Counted from the first letter of the stretch, positions 1-9,139 are shown. The stretch: DNA of 64,000 nucleotides from an uncultured Acidobacteriota bacterium (GCA_963713825.1 CAVQNG010000025.1:608001-672000); one strand, 5' to 3'. The notes: generated by a model from the sequence alone, not told the origin. A program made the numbers and translations.

Positions 1-1471
1 CATGCCCGGGCGCCGACTTTCGAATGGTCTCGCGGTAGGGCACCTTCGGAGGGTGCAGAATCACTTCCACGTTGAATCGCTTCTTGAGCTTCGCCACGGC
101 GATCTCGACGTGGAGCTGGCCACTTCCCGCCAATAGGAATTCTCCGGTCTCGGCATTGCGCCGGCTGTGTAGCCTGGGATCTTCCTCCTGCAGGCGGGCC
201 AGCGACTCACTGATCTTCTCTTCGTCACCCTTCGATTTCGGCTCGATGGCAAAAGCGATCGCATCCTCTCGTGGGGCTAGCCAGGCCAGCCTGACGGGCG
301 AGGCCTTCTCACACAGCGTGTTTCCGGTATGGGCGTGCTTGAGTTTTGCGACACCGCCGATGTCGCCGGTCACCAGGCCTGGCACGGCGCTACCTGTCTT
401 GCCCTGCATGACCATGAGATGTCCGACCTTCTCGTCCATCTCCTGCTGGAAATTCCAATACGGGGTATCGGACGCGAGTCTGCCCGAGACCACTCGCAGC
501 AAGGAGACCTTGCCAGTGAATGGGTCGCTCAGCGTCTTGAATACCAGAGTGGCTACCTTGCCGTCCGGGTCACAAGCCAGGTCCTGCTCCTCGCCGCCGA
601 AATCGACCGCTGGAAAGCTACCCCGATCAATGGGTGACGGCAGAGTCTCGACGATGGAGTCGAGCAGTGTGGCAGGGCCAATTCCATGTAGCGAAGAGCT
701 CAACGTGACTGGGAAGAGCTTGCGCTCCTGTACAGCCCGACGCAGGCCTTCTTTGAGCTCGTCTGCGGACAGCTCGCCCGCTTCAAAGAACTTCTCGAGC
801 AGGGCGTCATCGGTCTCCGCGACAGCCTCGACCAGAGCATTCTTCCACTGGTTGAAGTCCTCCTGCGCGGCTTCGGGAATGTCTGTTGTCTTGCCCTTGC
901 CGTCTCCATCGTTGGTGAAGATCATGGCTCTGTCGCTGATCAGATCGATGACCCCCTCGAAGTCCTGGGAGAGGCCAATCGGCACCTGAATCGGAATCAC
1001 CTCCCGACCAAAGGCCTTCCGCATCTGCTCTACAGCGCTCTTGAGCTCGGCGCGATCTCGATCCATCTTGGTGAGATGAAGCATCACCGGTTGGCCAATC
1101 TGGGTGGCATACTCCCAGACCTTCTCGCTCGTAACCTCGACGCCCGAGGCGGCGTTGATGCACAGCAGGGTCGCGTCGGCAGCGCGCATGGCACTACGCG
1201 TCTCATCGAAGAAGATGCCATATCCAGGACAATCGAGAAGGTTGATCTTGTGCTGCTGCCAAGGGGTGAAACAGATGGCCAGGCCGATGGAGATGCCGCG
1301 GTCGATCTCTTCGGAATCGAAGTCGGTGATGGTGTTCCCGTCCTCGACCTTGTTGAGTCGATTGACGACACCGCCGGCGTAGAGCAGGGCGCTGGCCAGA
1401 GTCGTTTTACCGGTATCACTGTGGCCGGTAACAGCGACGTTTCTGATCATGTCTGGACTCTCGACCTGCAT
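1..1471 (-). CDS. fusA: Elongation factor G paralogue (EF-G2-like), 5' part; runs off the left edge
   Basis: Missing from the ORF track because it is open at the edge. Manual translation from ATG 1471 (AGGAGG upstream): MQVESPDMIRNVAVTGHSDTGKTT..EIDRGISI..INLLDCPGY..TKMD..PKVPYRETI. These are the EF-G G-domain and domain IV entry motifs. Confidence 0.9.
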   Translation of the reverse strand, partial: MQVESPDMIRNVAVTGHSDTGKTTLASALLYAGGVVNRLNKVEDGNTITDFDSEEIDRGISIGLAICFTPWQQHKINLLDCPGYGIFFDETRSAMRAADATLLCINAASGVEVTSEKVWEYATQIGQPVMLHLTKMDRDRAELKSAVEQMRKAFGREVIPIQVPIGLSQDFEGVIDLISDRAMIFTNDGDGKGKTTDIPEAAQEDFNQWKNALVEAVAETDDALLEKFFEAGELSADELKEGLRRAVQERKLFPVTLSSSLHGIGPATLLDSIVETLPSPIDRGSFPAVDFGGEEQDLACDPDGKVATLVFKTLSDPFTGKVSLLRVVSGRLASDTPYWNFQQEMDEKVGHLMVMQGKTGSAVPGLVTGDIGGVAKLKHAHTGNTLCEKASPVRLAWLAPREDAIAFAIEPKSKGDEEKISESLARLQEEDPRLHSRRNAETGEFLLAGSGQLHVEIAVAKLKKRFNVEVILHPPKVPYRETIRKSAPGH

Positions 1472-1509
1472 GCTTTGAACCTCCTATCGAGCCAACAAAA
1501 TGAGCCGTA

Positions 1510-1518
1510 ACTATAGCA
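1510..1518 (-). promoter_or_regulatory. Putative extended -10 promoter (TGcTATAGT) for fusA
   Basis: TGn-TAnnnT match about 40 nt upstream of the start codon. Confidence 0.45.
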
Positions 1519-1671
1519 CAGCAGCGGCGCTCTGATGGCGACTTTGATGGCCTCGTAACTTACGGAAAAAAAAGGACTTAAGGGGTCTTTGAATTCGACT
1601 TCAACGACTTGGTTTGAGTCCCCGACGCGCTGTGCGCTGGAGAGGAAATCGAGAGCCGTCCCAAGCACCAC

Positions 1672-3063
1672 TCAGGTGGGAACGTTGCCGGCTTCCAGCA
1701 CCTCCTGTGGCGCCACGACGGAGATTGGGCCGAAGCCCTCGAGCTGGGGTTCTAGCTTGTCCGCCGGGCCAACCGCCACGATCGTCATCCGAGTCGGTCG
1801 CAGGTGCTTCCTTGCCAATGATTGGATAGCCGTCGGCTCGAGATTGCGGACGATCTCGAGTTGTCGATCGAAGTAGTCGTCGGGAAGAGACGCGACCCCG
1901 AGGTCGGCCAAGCGACTGGCGAGGCCGTCGATCCGTTGCAGGGAATAGGGGAAGACTCCCAAAAGGTAGGTCTTGGTGTCCTGCAGCTCCTCTTCGCCGA
2001 CGCTTTCGTCTTGCAGTCGGTGCAGCTCTGCAAGGATCTTCTCGGTGCCGATCCCGACTCCCGCCGTTTCGACGTCGGCCGCGACTTGAAACGGACCGGG
2101 TCCGAGGCGGGAGGAGAAGCTGCTGCTGGCGCCGTAGGTTATGCCCAATTCTTCACGCAGGATGAGGTTGATGCGACTCGTGAACTTGCCGCCCAGAAGG
2201 CTGTTCAAGACCTGCAGTGATCCGAAGTCGGAATGGGTACGTGGGACGGAAGGGTGGGCGATTCGCAGTGTTGTCTGAGCGGCTTCCGCTCTGTCCACGA
2301 CAATGACTCTCGTCTCCTCCCGATCACGGCCTTGAATTGGTGCCGCGGCCCGCGGCTCGCCTCCGACCCAGCCGCCGAAAGCGTTCTCGATAGCTGCTTT
2401 CGCGGCCAACAGGTCGAGATCTCCCGTCAGGATCAGTGAGGAGCCTTGCGGGTTGAGATGCTGTTGATAGAAGCTGAGAAGAGAGTTGCGGTCGAGAGCC
2501 TGCACCGAATCGGAGGTGCCAAGCGGAGACTGCCCGTAGGCCGTCCCCGGATAGAGGGCCCCAGCCACGGCGTCGGTTGCCAGTGCGGAGGGCTGCGAGG
2601 CCCTCGTTTGCAGATTTGCCAGTCTCTGCTGGCGAAGTCGTTCGATCTCGCCTGCCGGGAAAGTGGCTTTATCGACGATATGAGCCAGCAGTTCGAGGCC
2701 TGCCGCCAGATGCTGTGACAGCAGGCTGATCGAGAGCCAGCTGGTGTTCCAGTCGGCCTGGCTGAACAGAAAGCCCCCCAGGCGGTCGACTCTCGCGGCG
2801 ATCTCCATGGCGGAGTAGTCCTCGGTTCCTTCATCGAGAAGCTCGGCCACCAGGGTGGCTCGCCCCGCCTTCGCTGGCGAATCGTGCCAGGCTCCAGCTG
2901 GGCAGGCCAGGTGCAGGCTTACCAGCGGACCGCGGTCGATCGAGGCCAGATAGACCTCGAGGCCGGACGGCAGTTGGAAATGATCGAAATGCGGGAAAGT
3001 GAAAGGGACGACGCCGCCCGGTGCGGGAGCCTTGGTGCGAATCTCGTTTTTGACGTTGTCCAC
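1672..3063 (-). CDS. M16B (pitrilysin-family) peptidase, non-catalytic subunit
   Basis: M16 signature (LLDEGT..EIAARVDRLGG; LGGKFTSRINLILREELGITYGASS). Lacks HxxEH. Lies directly downstream of the catalytic partner. Confidence 0.85.
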   Translation of the reverse strand: MDNVKNEIRTKAPAPGGVVPFTFPHFDHFQLPSGLEVYLASIDRGPLVSLHLACPAGAWHDSPAKAGRATLVAELLDEGTEDYSAMEIAARVDRLGGFLFSQADWNTSWLSISLLSQHLAAGLELLAHIVDKATFPAGEIERLRQQRLANLQTRASQPSALATDAVAGALYPGTAYGQSPLGTSDSVQALDRNSLLSFYQQHLNPQGSSLILTGDLDLLAAKAAIENAFGGWVGGEPRAAAPIQGRDREETRVIVVDRAEAAQTTLRIAHPSVPRTHSDFGSLQVLNSLLGGKFTSRINLILREELGITYGASSSFSSRLGPGPFQVAADVETAGVGIGTEKILAELHRLQDESVGEEELQDTKTYLLGVFPYSLQRIDGLASRLADLGVASLPDDYFDRQLEIVRNLEPTAIQSLARKHLRPTRMTIVAVGPADKLEPQLEGFGPISVVAPQEVLEAGNVPT

Positions 3064-3079
3064 GCCCAGCCTCCTCAGG

Positions 3080-4351
3080 CTATCGGGGTATCACCCGAAT
3101 GGTGACGGCCTTTTCCGGGGTCAGGCGATCTCGGGCCACCGAGGCCAGATCCTCGGCACTTTGGCCGAGATAGCGTTCAATCTCGCTCGTGATGCGCTGC
3201 GGCTCGTCGAAATAGGTGGTGAACAGCGACAGCAGGTCGGCCCGGTCGTCGAGTGCCTGGAGTTGGTCACTGAACGAAGTGACGAGCTTGTTGCGTGCCC
3301 TTGCCAGGTCAGCGCTGCGGAGCTTGCCGCTGGCGACCGTCTCGATGGCGCCGTGGACGATCTCTTCCAGCTCTGCGAGATCGGTGTCTGGACGACCGGT
3401 TGCCACGACAACGAAACTGGCGGCCAACTCCGTTGGCAAGACGAAGGCGCTGACATCCTGTGCAATCTGACGCTCGTAGACCAGTTGCCGGTAGAGGGGA
3501 CTGGTCTTGCCGCCTGTCAAGGCTGCACTCAGGAGGTCGGCGGAGTACCATTCTGGTTCCCCGAAGGTAGGCAGTCTGAACGCCATATACACCCTCGGCA
3601 ACTGGATGTCGTCGTCGAGGGTCACAACCTGCCCGAGCATCTCGTCTGGCAGTGTGGCGTCGACTTCGGGACGCGCCAATCCTCTGGGAATCGGGCCAAA
3701 GTAGGTCTCGACGAGCCGCAGGGCTTCGTCTGGGTCGAAGTGACCGGCCAGAGTCAGCACCGCGTTGTCGGGTGTGTAGAAGGTGCGGAAAAAGGCCTCC
3801 ACATCCTCTTGTTCAGCGGCAGCGATGTCGTCCATGTAGCCGATCACCGGCCAATGATAGGGATGGCTGGCGGGGAAGAGCGTCTCGTTCAGGCGCTCGA
3901 AGGCCCGACCGTAGGGTTGATTGTCGACCCTTTGGCGACGCTCGTTCATCACGACTTCGCGCTGATTCTCGAGCTTCTCGCTGTCGAGGGCCGGCAGAAA
4001 GAAGCCCATTCGGTCGGACTCGAGCCACAGCCCCAAGCTCAGGCAGTGAGCCGGCAGAGTCTCGTAGTAGTTCGTGCGATCGAACCAGGTGGAGCCGTTG
4101 GCGACACCGCCAACCTGCTGCACGAGGCGAAAGTGGTCGTTCTTGCCGACATGCTGGCTGCCCTGGAACAGCATGTGCTCGAAGAGGTGTGCCAAGCCTG
4201 TCTTGCCAGGGACCTCGTTCTTCGAGCCGACGTGATACCAAAGGTTGATGGCCACCAGCGGTAGGCTGGTGTCGGGCTGCAGGACCACTTGCAGGCCGTT
4301 GGCCAGAGTGTGTCGCTCGATCGGAAATCGAGCTGAAGATACGGTGCTCAC
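3080..4351 (-). CDS. M16B zinc peptidase, catalytic subunit
   Basis: YHVGSKNE..GLAHLFEHMLFQGS (HxxEH), NGSTWFDRTNYYE, NERRQR. Confidence 0.92.
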   Translation of the reverse strand: MSTVSSARFPIERHTLANGLQVVLQPDTSLPLVAINLWYHVGSKNEVPGKTGLAHLFEHMLFQGSQHVGKNDHFRLVQQVGGVANGSTWFDRTNYYETLPAHCLSLGLWLESDRMGFFLPALDSEKLENQREVVMNERRQRVDNQPYGRAFERLNETLFPASHPYHWPVIGYMDDIAAAEQEDVEAFFRTFYTPDNAVLTLAGHFDPDEALRLVETYFGPIPRGLARPEVDATLPDEMLGQVVTLDDDIQLPRVYMAFRLPTFGEPEWYSADLLSAALTGGKTSPLYRQLVYERQIAQDVSAFVLPTELAASFVVVATGRPDTDLAELEEIVHGAIETVASGKLRSADLARARNKLVTSFSDQLQALDDRADLLSLFTTYFDEPQRITSEIERYLGQSAEDLASVARDRLTPEKAVTIRVIPR

Positions 4352-4365
4352 TCGCCGGTAGTCCT

Positions 4366-4995
4366 CTAGGGGTGGCGGAAGACGTATTCCTGGAACCCGT
4401 TGCGCAGGAGAAACGAAGTCTCGACCTCGAAATCGGCGAGCCAGCGTTTCAGGTCGGGTTCCTTGAAGAGGGGTGACGGACGCCCGATCTCTGAGTCGAT
4501 GGTGTAGGAGAGGGTTTCCGTGTCGATGATACGGAAACCGATCGGCTGGCTGGGCATCTCCTTGGAATTCGTGATGAGGGCGAAGATGAGACTGTCGGGT
4601 CGGCAGAGGCGAGCCAACTGGCGACCGAGGCTTGCCACCTGCTCGCCGCTCAGGTAGTTCAGAAGATCCCAGGCGAGGATGAGGTCGAAGGGGCCGAGGT
4701 CGTCCGGTGGGAGCTCTTTGGTGAGCAGGCGTTCGAGCAGCTTTGTGTCCTTGGGGAGTCCACCGGCTCGGCTCCTGAGAGTGTGGTGAAGATCGGCAAT
4801 GTAGAGCTTCGGGGCGTAGCGACCGACGAAGGAGACATTGGGTCCAGTGGCCGCTCCGAGGTCCAGGACCCTGGCTCGTCGCTTTTCCAGCATGCGGCGC
4901 AGAACATACTTCAATGCCAGAGTGTGGTGCTGAACCGAGCCCGATTTCAGCTGACTCGCCGCGTCGTTCCAGCGCTGTCGAGACCTCTGCTTCAC
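4366..4995 (-). CDS. Class I SAM-dependent methyltransferase-like protein
   Basis: VLDLGAATG (motif I) and FDLILAWDLLNYL (motif II-like). Start placed at GTG 4995 to avoid overlap with bactofilin; start uncertain. Confidence 0.6.
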   Translation of the reverse strand: MKQRSRQRWNDAASQLKSGSVQHHTLALKYVLRRMLEKRRARVLDLGAATGPNVSFVGRYAPKLYIADLHHTLRSRAGGLPKDTKLLERLLTKELPPDDLGPFDLILAWDLLNYLSGEQVASLGRQLARLCRPDSLIFALITNSKEMPSQPIGFRIIDTETLSYTIDSEIGRPSPLFKEPDLKRWLADFEVETSFLLRNGFQEYVFRHP

Positions 4996-5005
4996 ACGTT
5001 TGAGC

Positions 5006-5554
5006 CTAGGACCTTGAGAGTGGGTCCCCTGGAGGCTTCGACTTCGCCGGTGAGGCAGGCTGCCGAGGTCCACCAGAGGGAGTGGCCTGGATGCCAGGAC
5101 CCTTCCCCATAGCTGGTATCTGCTGACCAGGCTTGGGTTGAGCGTGCTGCGCGGCGCCTTCCATGTCGATCGAGCCCTTGAATCGCGACCCATTCTCGAG
5201 ATTGACCCGGGGTGCCACCAGGTTGCCCGTCACCTGGCCGGAGGCTTCGATGATGATCTCTTGTTCTCCGTACAGGTCTCCGATCACCTCGCCTTCGACG
5301 CGGATGGCTTTGGCGTGGATGTCCGCCTGGACCTTGCCTGATTTGCCGACCGTCACATCCTGTCCTCGTAACGAGATCTTGCCCTCGATGCGGCCCTGAA
5401 TTCTCAAGTTCTCCTGGCCAGTCACCTCACCTTTGATGGAGACACTGGTACCAATCATGGCCACTGACTCCGATCGCGGCTGGGGGCGGCTCGGCGGCGG
5501 CGGTGGAGCAGTGGGCTGTGCTGCGATGGGCTCGTCTTCCTTTTTCTTCCACAC
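5006..5554 (-). CDS. Bactofilin (polymer-forming cytoskeletal protein, CcmA family)
   Basis: IGTSVSIKGEVTGQENLRIQGRIEGKI..V.G.V.G..L.APRVNLENGSRFKGSIDM beta-helix repeats; Pro-rich termini; GGAGG RBS. Confidence 0.92.
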   Translation of the reverse strand: MWKKKEDEPIAAQPTAPPPPPSRPQPRSESVAMIGTSVSIKGEVTGQENLRIQGRIEGKISLRGQDVTVGKSGKVQADIHAKAIRVEGEVIGDLYGEQEIIIEASGQVTGNLVAPRVNLENGSRFKGSIDMEGAAQHAQPKPGQQIPAMGKGPGIQATPSGGPRQPASPAKSKPPGDPLSRS

Positions 5555-5600
5555 CTTGGGAGCCTCCAGTTGAGATCAGCGAGTCGATGAGCGAATCCTG

Positions 5601-5664
5601 AGGGTATTGAGGGGTAGATGCAAAGTCAAGCCGTTTGACTTACGCTCGAGTTTCGCCCTAGAAT
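5601..5664. promoter_or_regulatory. Back-to-back sigma70-type promoters for bactofilin (-) and lexA (+), sharing the palindrome AAGTCAA-N5-TTGACTT
   Basis: Plus strand: TTGACT 5635-5640, 18 nt, TAGAAT 5659-5664. Minus strand: TTGACT 5629-5624, 17 nt, TACCCT 5606-5601. Confidence 0.6.
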
Positions 5665-5670
5665 CCTGCC

Positions 5671-6291
5671 ATGGCCCGTTACCTCACGGAGCGACAAAAG
5701 CAGGTCTTGGACTTCGTGCGCCAGTTTGCGGCCGAAAACGGATACGCTCCCACGCATCGCGAGATCTGCGAGGAATTCGGATTCTCCTCGTATGGGACCG
5801 TCCACAAGCACCTCAAACTGCTTGAAAGCAAGGGCTATCTGCGCCGTCACTGGAACCAGAAGCGGGGCGTCGAGCTGTCGTCTCAGGCGGTCTCGGAGAG
5901 CGAGCCGAGTCTGTCGAGATTGCCCTTTTTTGGCCGCATCGCTGCCGGGCGCCCAATCGAAGCCGTTGCAGGAGACGAGAGCGTGACGGTTCCCGAGCAC
6001 CTTTTGGGAGCCGTTCCGGAAGACCATTTCGTCCTCAAGGTGGTTGGGGATTCGATGATTGAAGAGGGTATCCACGACGGCGACCTGGTTGTCGTTTCCC
6101 GGCGGGACGAGGCGGGTGTCGGCGAGATGGTCGTGGCGTTGGTGGGTGATGAAGCGACGCTCAAGCGATTCTTCCCTGAAGGTGACCGTGTCCGATTGCA
6201 GCCTGCCAATCAGCGCATGGAACCGATCTACGCCGCTGCCAATGAGGTCAGGGTGCAAGGGGTCGTCGTCGGCCTGATGCGTAAGTTCTGA
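5671..6291 (+). CDS. lexA: SOS repressor LexA
   Basis: N-terminal wHTH (LTERQKQVLDF..PTHREICEEFG..VHKHLKLLESKGYL), Ala-Gly cleavage site (IAAGRP), catalytic GDSM and ATLKR. Confidence 0.96.
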   Translation: MARYLTERQKQVLDFVRQFAAENGYAPTHREICEEFGFSSYGTVHKHLKLLESKGYLRRHWNQKRGVELSSQAVSESEPSLSRLPFFGRIAAGRPIEAVAGDESVTVPEHLLGAVPEDHFVLKVVGDSMIEEGIHDGDLVVVSRRDEAGVGEMVVALVGDEATLKRFFPEGDRVRLQPANQRMEPIYAAANEVRVQGVVVGLMRKF

Positions 6292-6376
6292 CGCTCGACT
6301 CTCAACACCCCGCTGTCTGCTGTGGCCCATTCCCTAGGTCCAGGTGGAGTCTCTGTGTACAATCTGCCGTGAACCG

Positions 6377-7777
6377 ATGAACCTCGAACAACTGCTCAAA
6401 TTCGTCACCGAGAAGGGCGCCTCGGATCTTCATCTGAAGCCGATGCGTCCGCCCATGCTGCGGATTCACGGGCGCCTGATTCCGATCGAGGCCGAGCCCC
6501 TGAAGCCGGAGAAGATCAAAGAGATGCTGCTGCCGATTTTGACCCCGCAGCAGAAGGCCAAGCTGGACGAGACTCTGGCCGTGGATCTGGGCTATGGGGT
6601 CAGGGGTCTGGCACGTTTCCGCGGCAACATCTACATGCAACGTGGCACCCTGGCGGCCGCTTTTCGACGCATTCCGTACGACATCCTCGGCGTCGACGAA
6701 CTGGATTTGCCCGAGGTCCTCTACGAATTCTGCGACCTACCCATGGGCCTGGTCCTGGTCACCGGACCGACAGGTAGCGGCAAGTCCACGACACTTGCCG
6801 CCATGGTCAAGAGGATCACAGCACGGCGCCCGGTGCATCTTCTAACCATCGAGGACCCCATCGAATTCCTCTTTGGAGACGACGTCGCGTCCATCGCACA
6901 GCGGGAGGTCGGGACGGACACGGTCTCTTTTGCCGAGGCGCTGCGCAACGCCATGCGACAGGATCCCGACGTCATCATGGTTGGCGAGATGCGCGATCCT
7001 GAAACCGTCTCGACGGTGCTGACGGCGGCGGAGACGGGGCACCTGGTTTTCTCCACACTCCATACCAACAGCGCCTCCCAGACCATCGATCGAATCCTCG
7101 ACACGTTCTCCGGTGATAGCCAGAAGCAGGCTCGGGTGCAGCTCACACAGGTACTCAAAGGGGTTGTCTCGATGCAGTTGGTCGAGCGCCAGGACGGCCA
7201 GGGTCTGGTGGCGGCCATGGAGATCATGCGGGCCACCCCTCGGATCTGCGAGCTGATTGACAGGGGTGAGACGGCAAAGCTCATGGAGGAGATGGAGTCT
7301 TCGGTTTCGTTCTTCCGAATGCAGTCCATGAACCAGTCGTTGCTGGCCCTCCTGGTTCACGGCACGATCACCTATGCCGAGGCGATGAGGAACTCTTCCG
7401 ACCCCGAGGACCTCTCATTGAAAATGCGCAAGATGTTCCCGGCCATCGAGGAACGAGGAGGCGATATGAGCCCGACAACGTCGGATTTCTCTCAGATCAT
7501 GGAGCTGCAGCAGTACCGCAAGCTGTACGAAGAGCAGGAGGAGAAATTCAAGATCCGCCTGGCCGAGAAGGAGTCGGAGATCACCAAGCTCGACCATTCG
7601 GTGGCCGATCGGGACCATGACATTCAGGAGCTCAAGGAGCAGGCCGAGGAGATGGAGCGGCAGACCGAAAAGCTGCGCAATGAGTACTCGAGACTGCGCA
7701 AGGAAGCTCAGGAGAAGATCGACAAGCTCTCCGAGCGAATCAAAGAGCTCAACCAACGCCTCATGAACTCTCGCTGA
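6377..7777 (+). CDS. pilT: PilT/PilU-family type IV pilus ATPase with C-terminal coiled-coil extension
   Basis: GASDLHL, Walker A GPTGSGKST, TIEDPIEF, QREVGTDT, RQDPDVIMVGEMRD, ETGHLVFSTLHT; about 100-aa E/K/Q/R-rich tail. Confidence 0.88.
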   Translation: MNLEQLLKFVTEKGASDLHLKPMRPPMLRIHGRLIPIEAEPLKPEKIKEMLLPILTPQQKAKLDETLAVDLGYGVRGLARFRGNIYMQRGTLAAAFRRIPYDILGVDELDLPEVLYEFCDLPMGLVLVTGPTGSGKSTTLAAMVKRITARRPVHLLTIEDPIEFLFGDDVASIAQREVGTDTVSFAEALRNAMRQDPDVIMVGEMRDPETVSTVLTAAETGHLVFSTLHTNSASQTIDRILDTFSGDSQKQARVQLTQVLKGVVSMQLVERQDGQGLVAAMEIMRATPRICELIDRGETAKLMEEMESSVSFFRMQSMNQSLLALLVHGTITYAEAMRNSSDPEDLSLKMRKMFPAIEERGGDMSPTTSDFSQIMELQQYRKLYEEQEEKFKIRLAEKESEITKLDHSVADRDHDIQELKEQAEEMERQTEKLRNEYSRLRKEAQEKIDKLSERIKELNQRLMNSR

Positions 7778-7828
7778 ATGCGAGCTCGGGGTGTCCGGCC
7801 CTCGGGGTCCTGGGCTCCCGCTCTAGAA

Positions 7829-9139
7829 TCAACTCTTTGTACCAGATCTGTGGAGGGCGAATTCCCTCGCTAGGGCCAGTGCGTCGTCGCGGGTGGAGAT
7901 ACCACCTTCGACTTGACGGCGCTCTATGGTTGCAAGGATCTGGCCAAGCATCCGACCCTCCGGGATGTCGAGATGATCGATCAGATCTCTGGCTGAGAGC
8001 AGTGGTTCGGGGTCGAAGATCTCTGCACCGGAGTCGCGACACAGTGCATCGAGACCGTCCAGATACCCGCGGAAGGCTGCCTCAGTCTGGAAACTCGGGT
8101 CGCGAGCGGCGAGAAAACAGGTCACGGTGGGCCACAGGCTGCCACTTCGATGCAGGTACCAGCGCTGGCTCACGGTGTCGAGAGGCAGAGCGAGCCAGCC
8201 GAGGAGTTGGTGCAGTTTCTTGCTGGTGGCCCTGGTCAGTAGCCCCTTCTGTCGAGCGCTCTCGACGGTTTCGGTAGCCGACTGTTCCTGGTCAGACACC
8301 AGCTGATCGAACAAGATAGCCTGCCGTGCGATTGCCCTGTCGGCGCGATCGCCAGCCAGGTCGAGGAATAGCTCCAGGTGGTGCAGTCGGTTGATCAGGC
8401 CAGCCGCATCCTCGAGCTGGCCAAACCCAGTTCGGGGCTGCCAGAGACCTGGATAGAGTGCCAATCGGACGAGGAGATCGGCCGAAGTCAGGAAGTCGGG
8501 AAGCTCCAGAAGAGTCTCCAACTCGACTCGAATGCGCTCGCCTGCGACCTTCACGAGATCTGCTGCGGAGTCGGAGGCCAACTCCAACGTTGGCTCGAGA
8601 GTCTTGAATCCGGGGAGCTGACCCGCGAAACGAGCCAGGCGAAGCACTCGCAGTGGGTCGCTGGAGAAACTGGTTTCGGAAGTGGCTCGAAGGAGCCTGC
8701 TAGCGAGATCCGTGAGACCAAGAAAGGGATCGACGACGACTCCACTGGAAATCTCGACGGCAAACGAATGGATGGTCAGGTCGCGACGAGCCAGATCGAC
8801 TGCCAATGGAACTCCCCGCCGATCCCAGAGATCCAGCGTCAGGTCGTGGGCAACCAGTCGATAGGCCGCAAAACGGTCCCCTCCCAACTCGACCAGTCGG
8901 GCCGGCAGGCTCGAGGCGAGTCGTTGGGCGATGGACAGGCCGTCGCTCTCGACAACCAGATCCAGGTCGCGATACCCGAGGCCCAGAGCGGTATCCCGCA
9001 AGGCGCCGCCGACCAAATGACAGGCAGTGGTGCCAGCTGCCTCCGCCATCAGCTTGAGAGGGCGTTGCTGCAACAGAATGGCAAAGGATGCCGCCTGATC
9101 GGCGCTATGCTGAGGCGGGTCCGTCTCTGGTCGGGTCAT
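7829..9139 (-). CDS. tRNA nucleotidyltransferase / poly(A) polymerase class II family, probably CC-adding type
   Basis: VGGALRD..DLDLVV (motif A), DLARRDLTIHS (motif B), DPFLGLTDL, SDPLRVLRLARF, ERIRVEL. Start uncertain. Confidence 0.85.
   Translation of the reverse strand: MTRPETDPPQHSADQAASFAILLQQRPLKLMAEAAGTTACHLVGGALRDTALGLGYRDLDLVVESDGLSIAQRLASSLPARLVELGGDRFAAYRLVAHDLTLDLWDRRGVPLAVDLARRDLTIHSFAVEISSGVVVDPFLGLTDLASRLLRATSETSFSSDPLRVLRLARFAGQLPGFKTLEPTLELASDSAADLVKVAGERIRVELETLLELPDFLTSADLLVRLALYPGLWQPRTGFGQLEDAAGLINRLHHLELFLDLAGDRADRAIARQAILFDQLVSDQEQSATETVESARQKGLLTRATSKKLHQLLGWLALPLDTVSQRWYLHRSGSLWPTVTCFLAARDPSFQTEAAFRGYLDGLDALCRDSGAEIFDPEPLLSARDLIDHLDIPEGRMLGQILATIERRQVEGGISTRDDALALAREFALHRSGTKS

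Noticed and set aside
72-989. 305-aa plus-strand ORF
   Set aside because: Antisense shadow of the EF-G gene; no motifs of its own.
1554-1612. Palindrome CGTAACTTACG and an A8 run (U-tract on the minus strand) as a terminator or IHF-like site
   Set aside because: The stem before the U-tract is only about 3-4 bp and the IHF match is imperfect; not supportable.
2999-4264. 421-aa plus-strand ORF
   Set aside because: Antisense to the M16 peptidase; a typical high-GC shadow frame.
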